Positions 18,519 to 29,574 of a DNA stretch of 64,000 bases are shown here, one piece after another. The DNA is taken from NCBI GenBank assembly GCA_040756235.1, contig JBFLZG010000111.1:21349-85348 (forward strand), read 5' to 3'. Both the position numbers and the translations under genes were made by a program. The number at the start of each line of letters is the position of its first letter. The first letter of the stretch is position 1. This DNA comes from a bacterium. GTDB taxonomy: Bacteria > Desulfobacterota > DSWW01. The notes beneath the pieces are model-generated. The model worked only from the letters and a program-made list of their open reading frames with translations, was not told the DNA's origin and made no database searches.

Positions 18519-19883
18519 ATGAACATGGAACCGAGGCGGCCCTACTGGAACATGGAAGTCGAGACCAGGCTGAACACCCCCGAGATGAGGGAGCTCCAGT
18601 GGTCGAAGCTCAAGAAGAAGCTCGCCGGCCTCTACGAGGCCGCGCCCTTCTGGAGATCGAGGCTCGACAAGGCGGGCGTCCGACCCGACGATATCCGGAC
18701 ATGGGAGGACTTTGCCAAGCGCGTCCCGATTCTCACCAAGGAGGGTTTCCGCGAGTACGCCGCGGGCCTGGGGTTCGACATGGAGCGGATCCTCCAGGGG
18801 TGGATGGGGGAAGCCGCGGACCGGCTCGTCTGCATCGCATCGACCTCCGGCACCACGGGAGAGCCGACCCCCTACCCTCTGGACAAGCACGACCTCGCCC
18901 TCTGGTCGGAGTACAACGCAAGGGCCATGTGGCGCTGCGGCATCTACCCGGGCGACCGGGTCCTGCAGGCCTTCGGGCTGAGCATGTTCCTGGCAGGGGT
19001 GCCGAGCTGCATGTGCATCGCCGACTACGGCGCCTGCGCGATCCCGGTCGGCGCGGAAGCGGGGACCGACCGAGTGCTGACCTATGCCCGCCTGTTCCGG
19101 CCCAGGGCCATGATGTGCACGCCCTCTTTTGCGGAGTACATGATCGAAAAGGCGCCCGGGGTCTTGGGCAGCGGCGTGGACAGCCTGAACATCCGGACGA
19201 TCATCTGCGGCGGCGAGCCCGGGGCGGGGATCCCGGAAGTCCGACGCAAGATCGAGGGCGCCTTCCGGGCCAAGCTCTTCGACATGGGCGCCGGGCTCGG
19301 CTGCTCCTGCGACTGGCCGGAGTACCAGGGGATGCACTGGGTCGGGGACGATCTGGCCCTCATGGAGCTCGTCAGCCAGGACACGCTCGAGCCCATTCCC
19401 CTCGAGGACGGCGCAGCCGGCCTGGCCGTCTTCACCACCCTGGCCGGCACGGTGATGCTCGGGATCCGGCAGACCCTGGGCGACATCATGGAAGTCACGG
19501 TCTCGCCCTGCCCCTGCGGACAGACCGGTTTCCGCTACAAGGTCATCGGCCGGACGGACGACATGCTCAAGGTCAAGGGCGTCATGATCTACCCGCCTGC
19601 CGTCGAGGGCGTCGTGAACCGTTTCGTGCCGCGGGTCACGGGTGAGTTCCGGATCGTTCTGGACGAGCCGCCCCCACGGGTGGTCCCGCCCCTCAAGCTC
19701 CGGATCGAGTACGGGGAGAACGCCCGGGAGGAGGAGCTCGCCTCTCTGGCCGAGGAGATCTCGGACGAGATGCATCGGGCCATCAAGATCCGGCCCAAGA
19801 TCCTCTGGATTCCTCCCCGGACGCTCGAGCGGTTTCTCAAAAAGAAGAAGCTGATCGAGAAAGCGTATGCGTCCAAAAGATAG
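18519..19883 (+). CDS. Phenylacetate-CoA ligase (PaaK)-family acyl/aryl-CoA ligase
   Basis: STSGTTGEP, CTPSFA, GGEPG, CPCG, GRTDDMLKVKGVMIYP. Confidence 0.92.
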   Translation: MNMEPRRPYWNMEVETRLNTPEMRELQWSKLKKKLAGLYEAAPFWRSRLDKAGVRPDDIRTWEDFAKRVPILTKEGFREYAAGLGFDMERILQGWMGEAADRLVCIASTSGTTGEPTPYPLDKHDLALWSEYNARAMWRCGIYPGDRVLQAFGLSMFLAGVPSCMCIADYGACAIPVGAEAGTDRVLTYARLFRPRAMMCTPSFAEYMIEKAPGVLGSGVDSLNIRTIICGGEPGAGIPEVRRKIEGAFRAKLFDMGAGLGCSCDWPEYQGMHWVGDDLALMELVSQDTLEPIPLEDGAAGLAVFTTLAGTVMLGIRQTLGDIMEVTVSPCPCGQTGFRYKVIGRTDDMLKVKGVMIYPPAVEGVVNRFVPRVTGEFRIVLDEPPPRVVPPLKLRIEYGENAREEELASLAEEISDEMHRAIKIRPKILWIPPRTLERFLKKKKLIEKAYASKR

Positions 19884-19902
19884 GAGTGCCCGAGTGACTG
19901 TC

Positions 19903-20047
19903 ACCCCTCACCTTGATCCTCTCCCCTCGAGAGGTAACGGAGCACTACCCTCGCCCCCGTGAGGGGGAGAGGGCCAGGGTGAGGAGGAACCAGGAGCGGA
20001 TTCACCCCTCATCCCGGCCTTCTCCCCTTGGCGAGGGGAGAAGGTGA
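19903..20047. repeat. Family C REP-like cluster (CCCCTCACC..CTCTCCC..GGGAGAGGG)
   Basis: Three palindromic units; same family at 38151-38255. Confidence 0.8.
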
Positions 20048-20091
20048 GAAAATGGACACCCCGGAGGATGCACGGACAGAAGGAGAAAACC

Positions 20092-22074
20092 ATGACCGAG
20101 CTGGCCCATCTCTTCTCACCCATCACGATCGGGAAATGCCAGATCCGCAACCGCATCCTCTCGTCCGGTCACGTGACGAGCTTCGGCAGGGACGGTCTGC
20201 CCACGGACCAGCACGTCAGGTACTTCGAGAGGCGGGCCAAGGGAGGGATCGGGCTCATCGTCATGGAGGCCCAGTGCATCTCGCCCCACTGCAACCCGCT
20301 CCCTATCGTGATCCAGGCCTGGCGGGACGAGGTCGTCCCCTGGTACCGGAAGATCAGCCAAGCGGTCCACGGGCACGGGGCGAAGCTTTTTGCCCAGGCC
20401 TGGCACAACGGCCACCAGAACACGTCCTTCGCGAGCTGGGTCCACTCCCAGTCCTGCTCGGACGTCCCCTCGGCCGCCATCGGCGAGGTCCCGTCGGTCA
20501 TGGACGAGGAGAACATCCGGGAGGCCGTGCGCCAGTACGTGGCCCTCGCCCTGAAGCTCCAGGAGGGCGGCTTCGACGGCGTGGAGCTGCACTTCGGGCA
20601 CGGCTATCTGGCCCAGCAGTTCCTCTCGCCGTATTCGAACATCCGCAAGGACCGCTACGGCGGCAGCCTCGAGAACCGGATGCGGTTCGGCCTGGAGGTG
20701 ATCGAGGCGGTCCGGGCCGCGGTGCGCGCCGACTTCGTGGTGGGCATCCGCGCCTCGGCGGACGAGCTGATTCCGGTGGGCCTGACCCTCGAGGACATGA
20801 AGCAGGTCATGCCGCGGTGGGCCCGGACCGGCAAGATCGACTACCTGAACGTGACCGTCTCCACCTACAAGTCCGCGGCCGTGGGGATCCCGCCCATGAT
20901 GATCCCTCCGCGGCCGTTCGTCTTCTACGCGGCCGAGATCAAGCAGCTCGTGGACATCCCCGTGTTCGCGGCCATCCGCATCAACGACCCGGTCACGGCC
21001 AACGACATCGTCAAGAACAACGAGGCCGACATGGTGGTCATGACCCGGGCCACGATCTGCGACCCGGACCTGCCCGAGAAGGCGCGGCAGGGGCGCCTGG
21101 ACGACATCCGGCTGTGCGTGGCCTGCAACGAGGGCTGCTGGGAGCGCACCGAGCACGGGCAGCCGATCACCTGCATGCAGAACCCGGAGGCGGGCCGGGA
21201 GGGCGTGTTCGAGGTGCGGCCAGCGGCGAAACCGAAGAAGGTCCTGGTGGCCGGAGGCGGCTGCGCGGGCATGAAGGCAGCGGCCGTGGCCAAGGAGCGG
21301 GGCCACGACGTGATCCTGTGCGAAAAGGCGGCGGAGCTGGGCGGCGCGATCCTCATCCCGGCCAGGGCGCCCAGCCGCCAGGAGCTGGGGCAGGTGGTCC
21401 GCTTCCTGAAGCACGAGCTGGAGCGGCTCGGCGTCGAGGTCCGCCTGAGCACCGAGGTGACCCCGGGCCTGGTCGAGCAAATCAGGCCGGACGTCCTCAT
21501 CGTGGCCACCGGCGGGACCACGGTCGAGAACCCTGCTCCGGAGGTGGTGGGGCCCGACGCGGCCATCCAGATCGAGCCGGGGACCCCGGTCGCCACCGCG
21601 GAGGACGTCCTCGAAGGCAAGGCCAAGACCGGCCAGCGGGTCGTCATTGCCGACTGCCAGACCTACATGAAAGGCGTGCTGAGCGCCGAAATGCTGGCCG
21701 ATCAAGGCAAACAGGTCACGGTCATCATGCCCATGCCCATGCGCCTGTTGCGCAACGCGCCTTACGACATGGACGGCCCGACCATGGGCATCCAGATGCT
21801 CAATCTGGCCCTGCGCAAGGTGAAGCTGGTGAGCGGCTTCGAGCTCAAGAAGGCGCGGCCGGGAAAGGTCGTCCTGCGCAACATGCTGACCGAGGAGGAG
21901 GAGGAGCTCGAGGCCGACACCCTGGTGACCGCCTATTGGCGCAAGGCCGACGACCGGCTCTATCGGGATCTCAAGGGCAAGGTGAAGGAGGTCTACAAGA
22001 TCGGCGACTGCGTGGCCTCGCGGCGCCTCATCCATGCGATCTACGAGGCCTACAAGGTCGCGATGGAAATCTGA
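20092..22074 (+). CDS. OYE-family NADH:flavin oxidoreductase with Fe-S and FAD/NAD domains (enoate / 2,4-dienoyl-CoA reductase-like)
   Basis: DGVELHFGHGYL..FLSP.SN.R.DRYGGSLENRMRF, CVACNEGC..C, GGGCAG. Confidence 0.93.
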   Translation: MTELAHLFSPITIGKCQIRNRILSSGHVTSFGRDGLPTDQHVRYFERRAKGGIGLIVMEAQCISPHCNPLPIVIQAWRDEVVPWYRKISQAVHGHGAKLFAQAWHNGHQNTSFASWVHSQSCSDVPSAAIGEVPSVMDEENIREAVRQYVALALKLQEGGFDGVELHFGHGYLAQQFLSPYSNIRKDRYGGSLENRMRFGLEVIEAVRAAVRADFVVGIRASADELIPVGLTLEDMKQVMPRWARTGKIDYLNVTVSTYKSAAVGIPPMMIPPRPFVFYAAEIKQLVDIPVFAAIRINDPVTANDIVKNNEADMVVMTRATICDPDLPEKARQGRLDDIRLCVACNEGCWERTEHGQPITCMQNPEAGREGVFEVRPAAKPKKVLVAGGGCAGMKAAAVAKERGHDVILCEKAAELGGAILIPARAPSRQELGQVVRFLKHELERLGVEVRLSTEVTPGLVEQIRPDVLIVATGGTTVENPAPEVVGPDAAIQIEPGTPVATAEDVLEGKAKTGQRVVIADCQTYMKGVLSAEMLADQGKQVTVIMPMPMRLLRNAPYDMDGPTMGIQMLNLALRKVKLVSGFELKKARPGKVVLRNMLTEEEEELEADTLVTAYWRKADDRLYRDLKGKVKEVYKIGDCVASRRLIHAIYEAYKVAMEI

Positions 22075-22087
22075 AAAGGCGAACGGC

Positions 22088-22340
22088 CGTCATCCCTGCC
22101 ATTGCTTCCGCTGGATCTTGTAGGGGCGCTGCTTGCTGCGCCCGCCCCTGGGATCCAGGATCCACCGCCAAGCCTCCTGGAATCACACGGAGGCACGGCC
22201 TGGATTCCGGCCTCCGCCGGAATGAGGAGAAGGCGGGCCGTGTCTGATTTCGTCATCCCGGCCCATCGGCGCAGCGCGTGTGAGCCGGGATCCAGGGGTG
22301 GGAACAGGAACCGGATTCCGGCCTCCGCCGGAATGACGGA
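22088..22340. repeat. Family A cluster with nested GTAG REP
   Basis: Two GGATTCCGGCCTCCGCCGGAATGA units, a composite unit, and GTAGGGGCGCTGCTTGCTGCGCCC. Confidence 0.85.
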
Positions 22341-22355
22341 AGAGGCGAGTGCCTC

Positions 22356-23931
<1,576 letters not shown>

Positions 23932-24297
23932 GAGTCCCTCCTTCGAGAAAACGAAATGAGCTCAACGCACGTGCGCGCAGAGAGCAGCTCGACCGAAAAG
24001 AGGCCGTGACGCGCGACGGCTGCAACACGGCCGGGAAGCCCGGGCCATGCGAATGTCGCCGGCCGGACCGCACGAAGGCAGCTAATGACAGTCCACGGCG
24101 GATATGTCAAGCAGCAGCCGATGACACGATTAACGAGTCTTTTGGATGTGTTAGGGTGGCTAAACCCGACCCGAAAGGCGGGCCGCGAGGCAATCAACCA
24201 TGCGCAGGCACGACGCCGGATGCGAAAGAAGCGTCAGCGGTTTGGGTCGGGCCTGTCGGGTGTGGTATAGGTTCAGAAAACGAGGAGGGCCTGCCCC

Positions 24298-25482
24298 ATG
24301 GAGAAGACGACCGGACCTGAGATCTGGAGTGCCCGGGAAGCGGGCATGGACGGGAAGCAGCTCGATCGGCTCGTCGCTCATGTGAGGAAAGAGACTTCCG
24401 GCGGGCTCTACGACGGGGCGGTCCTGCTCGTCGCCCGCGGCGGCAAGGTCGTCCTGCATGAGGCGGTCGGGTTCACGGACCTCGAGAAGAAGCGCGCCGC
24501 CGACAGGGACGACGTGTTCTTCCTCATGTCCATGACCAAGCAGATGACCACGACCGTGGTCCTCTCCCGGATCGATCGGGGCGAGCTGAGCCTCACGACA
24601 CGGGTCGCCGAGGTCATACCGGAGTTCGGCGTCCGAGGCAAGCAGCGGATCACGGTGGGCCAACTCCTCACCCACACGGCCGGGATCTCTCCCGAAATGC
24701 CGCCCACCTTGCCGCTGGACCAGATCGGCAACCTCCAGGCCTACGTCGCGGCCGCCTGCGAGATGCGCCTGGTGAGGGTCCCCGGACAGGGGGTTTCCTA
24801 CAACCCGTTCACGGCCCATGCGATCCTGGCGGAGATGGTCCGGCGCCTGGACCGGGGCGGCCGCCCCTTCCGGCGGATCCTCGCGGACGAGCTCTTCGGC
24901 CCGCTCGGGATGAAGGACACCTCCATGGGGCTCAGGCCCGATCTGGCGCCGCGCAGGGTCCCGGTCGTGGTACGCGACAGGACGCCCAGCATATTCGAGC
25001 CCGCCCTGCTCGAAGCCACGAACTTCCTCTTCACCGAGGAGACCGAGATCCCGGCCGGAGGGGCCTTCTCCACGGTCCGGGACATCTATCGGTTCACGGA
25101 AATGCTACGGCACGGAGGGGAGCTCGACGGCGTGCGAGTGCTTTCTCCATCCATCCTCCGTCTGGCATTGACGAATCACACGGGCCTGCAGCCGAACGAC
25201 ATCTTCGACTGCCTGCGGGAAATGCACGGCTGGCCCGAGATCCCGGCCTTCCTGGGGCTGGGCTTCTTCCTGCGCGGAGAGGGAGCGTTCCCCACCTATC
25301 TCGGGCAGACGACTTCCCCGGGGACCTTCGCCGGGCTCGGCGCCGGGTCGACCATGTTCTGGGTGGACCCGGAGCGGGATCTGACCTTCGTCTGCCTGAC
25401 CGCCGGCCTTCCGGAGGAGGGTGCGAGCATCCTCCGATTTCAGCGCCTCTCCGACCTCGTGGTCGCAGCGGCCACCCATTAG
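24298..25482 (+). CDS. Serine hydrolase, beta-lactamase/class C esterase family
   Basis: SMTK (SxxK), LLTHTAG, YNP, WVDPERDL. Confidence 0.9.
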   Translation: MEKTTGPEIWSAREAGMDGKQLDRLVAHVRKETSGGLYDGAVLLVARGGKVVLHEAVGFTDLEKKRAADRDDVFFLMSMTKQMTTTVVLSRIDRGELSLTTRVAEVIPEFGVRGKQRITVGQLLTHTAGISPEMPPTLPLDQIGNLQAYVAAACEMRLVRVPGQGVSYNPFTAHAILAEMVRRLDRGGRPFRRILADELFGPLGMKDTSMGLRPDLAPRRVPVVVRDRTPSIFEPALLEATNFLFTEETEIPAGGAFSTVRDIYRFTEMLRHGGELDGVRVLSPSILRLALTNHTGLQPNDIFDCLREMHGWPEIPAFLGLGFFLRGEGAFPTYLGQTTSPGTFAGLGAGSTMFWVDPERDLTFVCLTAGLPEEGASILRFQRLSDLVVAAATH

Positions 25483-25758
25483 CCGGACGGCCCGGGCGCG
25501 CTGCCTCTGCCTCGGGACGGAGCCCATCAGCCGCGGAGAGAAATTGATGAAGGTCGTTCGATACGTGGCAGACAACGACCTCTACCGGCTGGATCGGCGA
25601 ATCACGAAGTGACCCCCGACGGGCCTTGCCGGGAGAACCGGGCCGCAGTCTTGAAAGAAAGAGCCCTCGCGTATATCCTCGCTGGCATTCTCGAGGCCCT
25701 CCCCCGATCACACGTGGATGGATTCTAAGAGCGAACACACCCTGCATGAGGAACGTCC

Positions 25759-27069
25759 ATGAAGGAGAGAACGAGGACCGCCCGGCAGGCGGCCCTCTTC
25801 ATGATGATCTTTTTCACCATAGCGTTCACGGCTCCAGGCGCCTCCTCCGACGTTTCGCCGGGCGATCTGATCGGCCCGGCCAACTCGGAGAAAGCGGCCG
25901 GTCTCCTGCCGGGGCCCGTCCTGGAGTGGGTGAAGAAGGGGGACCTCCTGCAGGTGGCCGCGCTCGGCTTCGAGCCGGCCGACTTCTATCCGGCCGACGC
26001 CTTGCCGTCCTTGACGGAAAACCTCGGCAAGTACGACGTCAACGAAGACGATCTCATTGTCGAGACGAAGACCGGGAAGCTGCCGAAATTCGTCGCAGGG
26101 ATCCCCTTTCCCAAGATCGACCCGGCAGATCCCAAGGCCGGCGCCAAGATCATGTACGACAAATTCTATTACAATCTGTGCGCCGGGAGCGGCCGCGCCC
26201 CCTACGAGCTCAGGTGGATCCCGCGCAAGGGCGGCGTCGAACGCGAGATCAGCGGTGAGACCCTGTTCTGCCCCATGGACGGGTACGCCGGGGTCAAGGG
26301 TCAGCCGAACCCGGACGGCATCGAGAAATTCATGGTCGTCCGCGTCCTTGCGCCTTATGACGTGGCCGGCACCAACACCCTGTTGTGGCGCTATCGGGAC
26401 AACCGGCCGGACAGCACCTTTGCCTACGTCCCGGCCATTCGCAGGATGCGGCAGATGAGCCCGGCGAACCGTTCCGACGCTTTTCTGGGCACGGACCTCT
26501 GCCTGGACGACGCCTGGGGTTACGACGGCAAGGTGAGCGCCTTCTCCTGGAAGCTGCTGCGCGTCCAGGAAGCGCTCGTGCCGTTCGGCGACGCCGACCC
26601 CCAGCCGCTGGTCACGGACGGCCGAGGTCGCTGGCAGAATGCCAGGACGATCAAAGACATCGTCTACGGCTACCAGAAGCAGGGGTGGACCGGATCTCCA
26701 TGGTTTCCGACCAACATCGTCTGGGCCAAACGTCCGGTCTACGTGCTGGAGATCGAGGCCAAGGACCCCTACTACAACTACGGAGTCTCCACGCTTTGGG
26801 TGGACGCGGACACGTTCCAGGTGGCGTTCAAGGTGATTCACGACCGCTCCGGCAAATACTGGAAGGTCCTCTGGCTCGCGCACACGGCCCTCGAGTCTCC
26901 GGACAAGACCCTGAGGGTCATGTACCCTCGGACGCAGATCGCCACCGACGACCGCAGCGATCACAGCACCTGCAACATCCTCTTTGACAGCCGCCACATC
27001 TGGACCTTCCGGGAAAGATACGACCTGAACGACTTCTCCCTGGCCGGCTTTCAACGGCTCTGCAAGTGA
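25759..27069 (+). CDS. DUF1329 domain periplasmic protein
   Basis: Signal peptide; GIPFP..DP..GAKIM, YVPAIRRMRQ..NRSD.FLGTD, KDPYYNYG. Confidence 0.85.
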   Translation: MKERTRTARQAALFMMIFFTIAFTAPGASSDVSPGDLIGPANSEKAAGLLPGPVLEWVKKGDLLQVAALGFEPADFYPADALPSLTENLGKYDVNEDDLIVETKTGKLPKFVAGIPFPKIDPADPKAGAKIMYDKFYYNLCAGSGRAPYELRWIPRKGGVEREISGETLFCPMDGYAGVKGQPNPDGIEKFMVVRVLAPYDVAGTNTLLWRYRDNRPDSTFAYVPAIRRMRQMSPANRSDAFLGTDLCLDDAWGYDGKVSAFSWKLLRVQEALVPFGDADPQPLVTDGRGRWQNARTIKDIVYGYQKQGWTGSPWFPTNIVWAKRPVYVLEIEAKDPYYNYGVSTLWVDADTFQVAFKVIHDRSGKYWKVLWLAHTALESPDKTLRVMYPRTQIATDDRSDHSTCNILFDSRHIWTFRERYDLNDFSLAGFQRLCK

Positions 27070-27080
27070 GGGCACCGGGC

Positions 27081-28733
27081 ATGACGAATCGCGCCTGGCT
27101 GGCGGCGGCAGGGCTGGCCGCGCTCGCATGGATGGCCTCGGCGGGCAGGGCCGGAGCGTTCTTCGTGGACGAGGCGAACACGCTTTCCGTCGTCACCAAG
27201 CTGCAGGCGCGAATCTCGGTCAGGACCGACGACTCCACGGGATTCACCTTTCCACGGGTCGAAGCCGGCGATCTCGTGCAGCAGCGGAACCTCGCGCTCG
27301 TCGAGATCAACCACGACCTCCGGGACCTCACCCGGACCCTGGACCTGATGGCCCCGCTGCGCGCCCTCGACCTGAGCGTGACCTACCACCTGTTGGGGCG
27401 TTTCCTCTACGAGGGCGTCTACGACTACGGGGCGGAGCCGTTTCAGGACGTGCAGGAGCGGGATCCGGAAAACATCGACGCCTTCAAGCAGAGCTACGAG
27501 CTCTGGGAAGCTTATGCGGACATCTACCGCGGCCCCCTGTCGCTCAGGATCGGGCGGCAGAACCTCTCCTGGGGGGAAACCGACGTCTTCCGGCTGCTCG
27601 ACAGCATCAACCCGCTCGACAACACCTTCGGCGGTCCGTTCGAGGACCTGGACGATCGGCGCATCCCGCTCTGGATGCTCCGGGGCAGCTACAACCTGGG
27701 GACCGTCGGGCCGGCCTCCTCCCTGACTTTGGAGGGCTTCTGGGTGCCGGGCTTCTGGGACGCCCACGTCGCGCCGTTCGCACCGGTCGGGACTCCCTAC
27801 GCGGTCCCCCTGCCGACCGACCTGGCGAGGTTTCTGAGGTTCTCCTACCCGGACAAGAAGATGGAGAACAGCCGCTGGGGGTTCCGGCTCATGGGCATGC
27901 TCGCGCCCAACTGGAACGTCGCGATCGCCCACTACAAGACCTTTCCGGACGCGCCCGCCCTGCGTGCCGTGGTCGACGAGAGCAAGCTCGGCGTGCGGAT
28001 CGGCGGAGACCTGCTGCTCACCGACATCAACGCCATGTACCTGGAAGCCTCCTACCCGGGGGTGCAGATCACCGGGGCCAGCACGAGCTACTGGGAGCCG
28101 CACCTGGACGCCGTGCTGCGCGGCGAGGTGGCCTGGTTCCGGGACGAGCCGATGCTCATCCCCGAGGAAAACCTGAGCGTGCTGTTCGGCCCGGTGCTGC
28201 CCCTGCCGGACCAGCTGCTGGATCTGGCCTCTCGGGCCTATGGAGTGGACATCCGCAAGCTGGGGCTCTCCGGCATACCGCTGAACCCCCGGACCGGCAC
28301 GATCCCCGAGCGGGACGTGCTTCGCTACATGATCGGCATCGACCGGCAGACCTGGATCCGGGCGCTGAACCGGGCGAGCACTTTCTATCTCTCGTTCCAA
28401 TGCTTCGGGCAGTGGATCCCGGACTACGACAAGCGCATGCGGCAGGGGCTCTCCCTCTACCCGATGCCCGTGGACTTCGCGGCGCAGAAGGAGACGGAGC
28501 ACATCCTCACGGGCGCGGCCAACTCCACCTACTGGCACGGGCGCCTGACGCCCCAGCTCGCGCTCGCCTACGACGTGCGCGGCGCCTGGCTGGTCCAGCC
28601 CTCGCTCAACTGCGCGTGGGACCCGTTCCGCCTCATGCTCCAGTACAGCTCCATCTTCGGCCAGTCCGTGAGCTTCGGCGCCTTCCGCGACCGCGACCAG
28701 GCCACCTTCATCGTGACCTATCTCATGGACTGA
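27081..28733 (+). CDS. DUF1302 family outer-membrane protein
   Basis: Signal peptide; LWEAYAD..LRIGRQNLSWGETD.FRLLD.INPLD, C-terminal DRDQ...TY; adjacent to DUF1329. Confidence 0.85.
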   Translation: MTNRAWLAAAGLAALAWMASAGRAGAFFVDEANTLSVVTKLQARISVRTDDSTGFTFPRVEAGDLVQQRNLALVEINHDLRDLTRTLDLMAPLRALDLSVTYHLLGRFLYEGVYDYGAEPFQDVQERDPENIDAFKQSYELWEAYADIYRGPLSLRIGRQNLSWGETDVFRLLDSINPLDNTFGGPFEDLDDRRIPLWMLRGSYNLGTVGPASSLTLEGFWVPGFWDAHVAPFAPVGTPYAVPLPTDLARFLRFSYPDKKMENSRWGFRLMGMLAPNWNVAIAHYKTFPDAPALRAVVDESKLGVRIGGDLLLTDINAMYLEASYPGVQITGASTSYWEPHLDAVLRGEVAWFRDEPMLIPEENLSVLFGPVLPLPDQLLDLASRAYGVDIRKLGLSGIPLNPRTGTIPERDVLRYMIGIDRQTWIRALNRASTFYLSFQCFGQWIPDYDKRMRQGLSLYPMPVDFAAQKETEHILTGAANSTYWHGRLTPQLALAYDVRGAWLVQPSLNCAWDPFRLMLQYSSIFGQSVSFGAFRDRDQATFIVTYLMD

Positions 28734-28750
28734 TCTTGATGGATTGATCT

Positions 28751-28780
28751 TGGGGGGCGAATGATGATTCGCCCCCTACC
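28751..28780 (-). repeat. GTAG-type REP palindrome
   Basis: Minus strand GTAGGGGGCGAATCATCATTCGCCCCC. Confidence 0.65.
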
Positions 28781-29360
28781 GGTGACCACGTCGGCGATCG
28801 CGCCTCCAGGCTTTCCGGACTGGCCGGAATCCTGCTTCGCGGCACGCTCAAGAAAGCGGCGAGACGCTCCGCATCTGCCAGCAGCCAGGCTTCGACCTCG
28901 CGCACGGCAACGCGAAAGCACAGAAGCGGCGCCGGCTGAGCGAGCCAGGCGCTGCGCAGCGGCGGGGCACAGCTATAGTCTTGATCGAGATCGACTCGAA
29001 GAACGACGCCAGCTCCCGGAACGGGCGGTTGACGTTCACCTGCTCGAGATGCGTCTGGGTCAGGCGATCCGGGTCCTCCTTGTCATCCCGGTTCGGCCGC
29101 TCCAGCAACGGTTCGCCGTCACGGACAACGCTCTCCTTGGCGATCCGGGCACGGTGCTTCGGAGCCTGGGTGAAACCCAGCTCGTATTCCCAGATCGGCG
29201 AAGCCTCCCGACCCCGTACGACGACTCGAAGCTCGATATCAGGATTACGGCGGGCAGCGAGGCAGCGGATGGCGCTGACCCCGCCGCGGCGGCGGACGGC
29301 TTCCTGGAAACCTCCGCCAGGTGAGGCCAGGTCGCGCAGAAGACGGAATCCGTCGAGAAA
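28778..29360 (-). pseudogene. Collapsed remnant of an AAA/ABC ATPase plus DUF4276-like gene pair
   Basis: My translation: FLDGFRLLRDLASPGGGFQEAVRRRGGVSAIRCLAARRNPDIEL...RLTQTHLEQVNVNRPFRELASFFESI, then in a shifted frame DLDQDYSCAPPLRSAWL..LLCFRVAVREVEAWLLADAERLAAFL; no start codon or Walker A. Confidence 0.75.
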
Positions 29361-29399
29361 ATCTCTCGCTCCAGGAGCCTGTCCAAGTATTCGGCTCCT

Positions 29400-29574
29400 G
29401 GAGGCTGTTCAGAAATGTCCAGATGCAAGGCGCACGAAATCCTGAGGCCTGTTCCGAGGAGGCTGAGCGACGAGGAAACCCCCGGTCACAACCGCCCGCC
29501 GCAGTATTGCGTCGGGGGATTGCTTCGCTTCGCTCGCAACAGGCTCCGCAGATGGGCATTTAGGGACAGCCTCC
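29400..29574 (+). repeat. Hairpin element family B copy
   Basis: GGAGGCTGTTCAGAAATGTCCAGATGCAAGGC ... GCAGATGGGCATTTAGGGACAGCCTCC. Confidence 0.88.

Noticed and set aside
23932..24297. Sigma54 promoter or ANTAR hairpins upstream of amtB
   Set aside because: I found no correctly spaced GG-N10-GC with consensus flanks and no A1/G4 hexaloop pair
25547..25612. Small ORF MKVVRYVADNDLYRLDRRITK with a GGAG upstream
   Set aside because: Only 21 codons with no recognisable motif; could be a remnant but cannot be supported
25683..25697. Sigma54 promoter TGGCAT-TCTCGAG-GC upstream of DUF1329
   Set aside because: GG-N10-GC spacing fits, but the -12 element is AGGC rather than TTGC, which is expected by chance in GC-rich DNA
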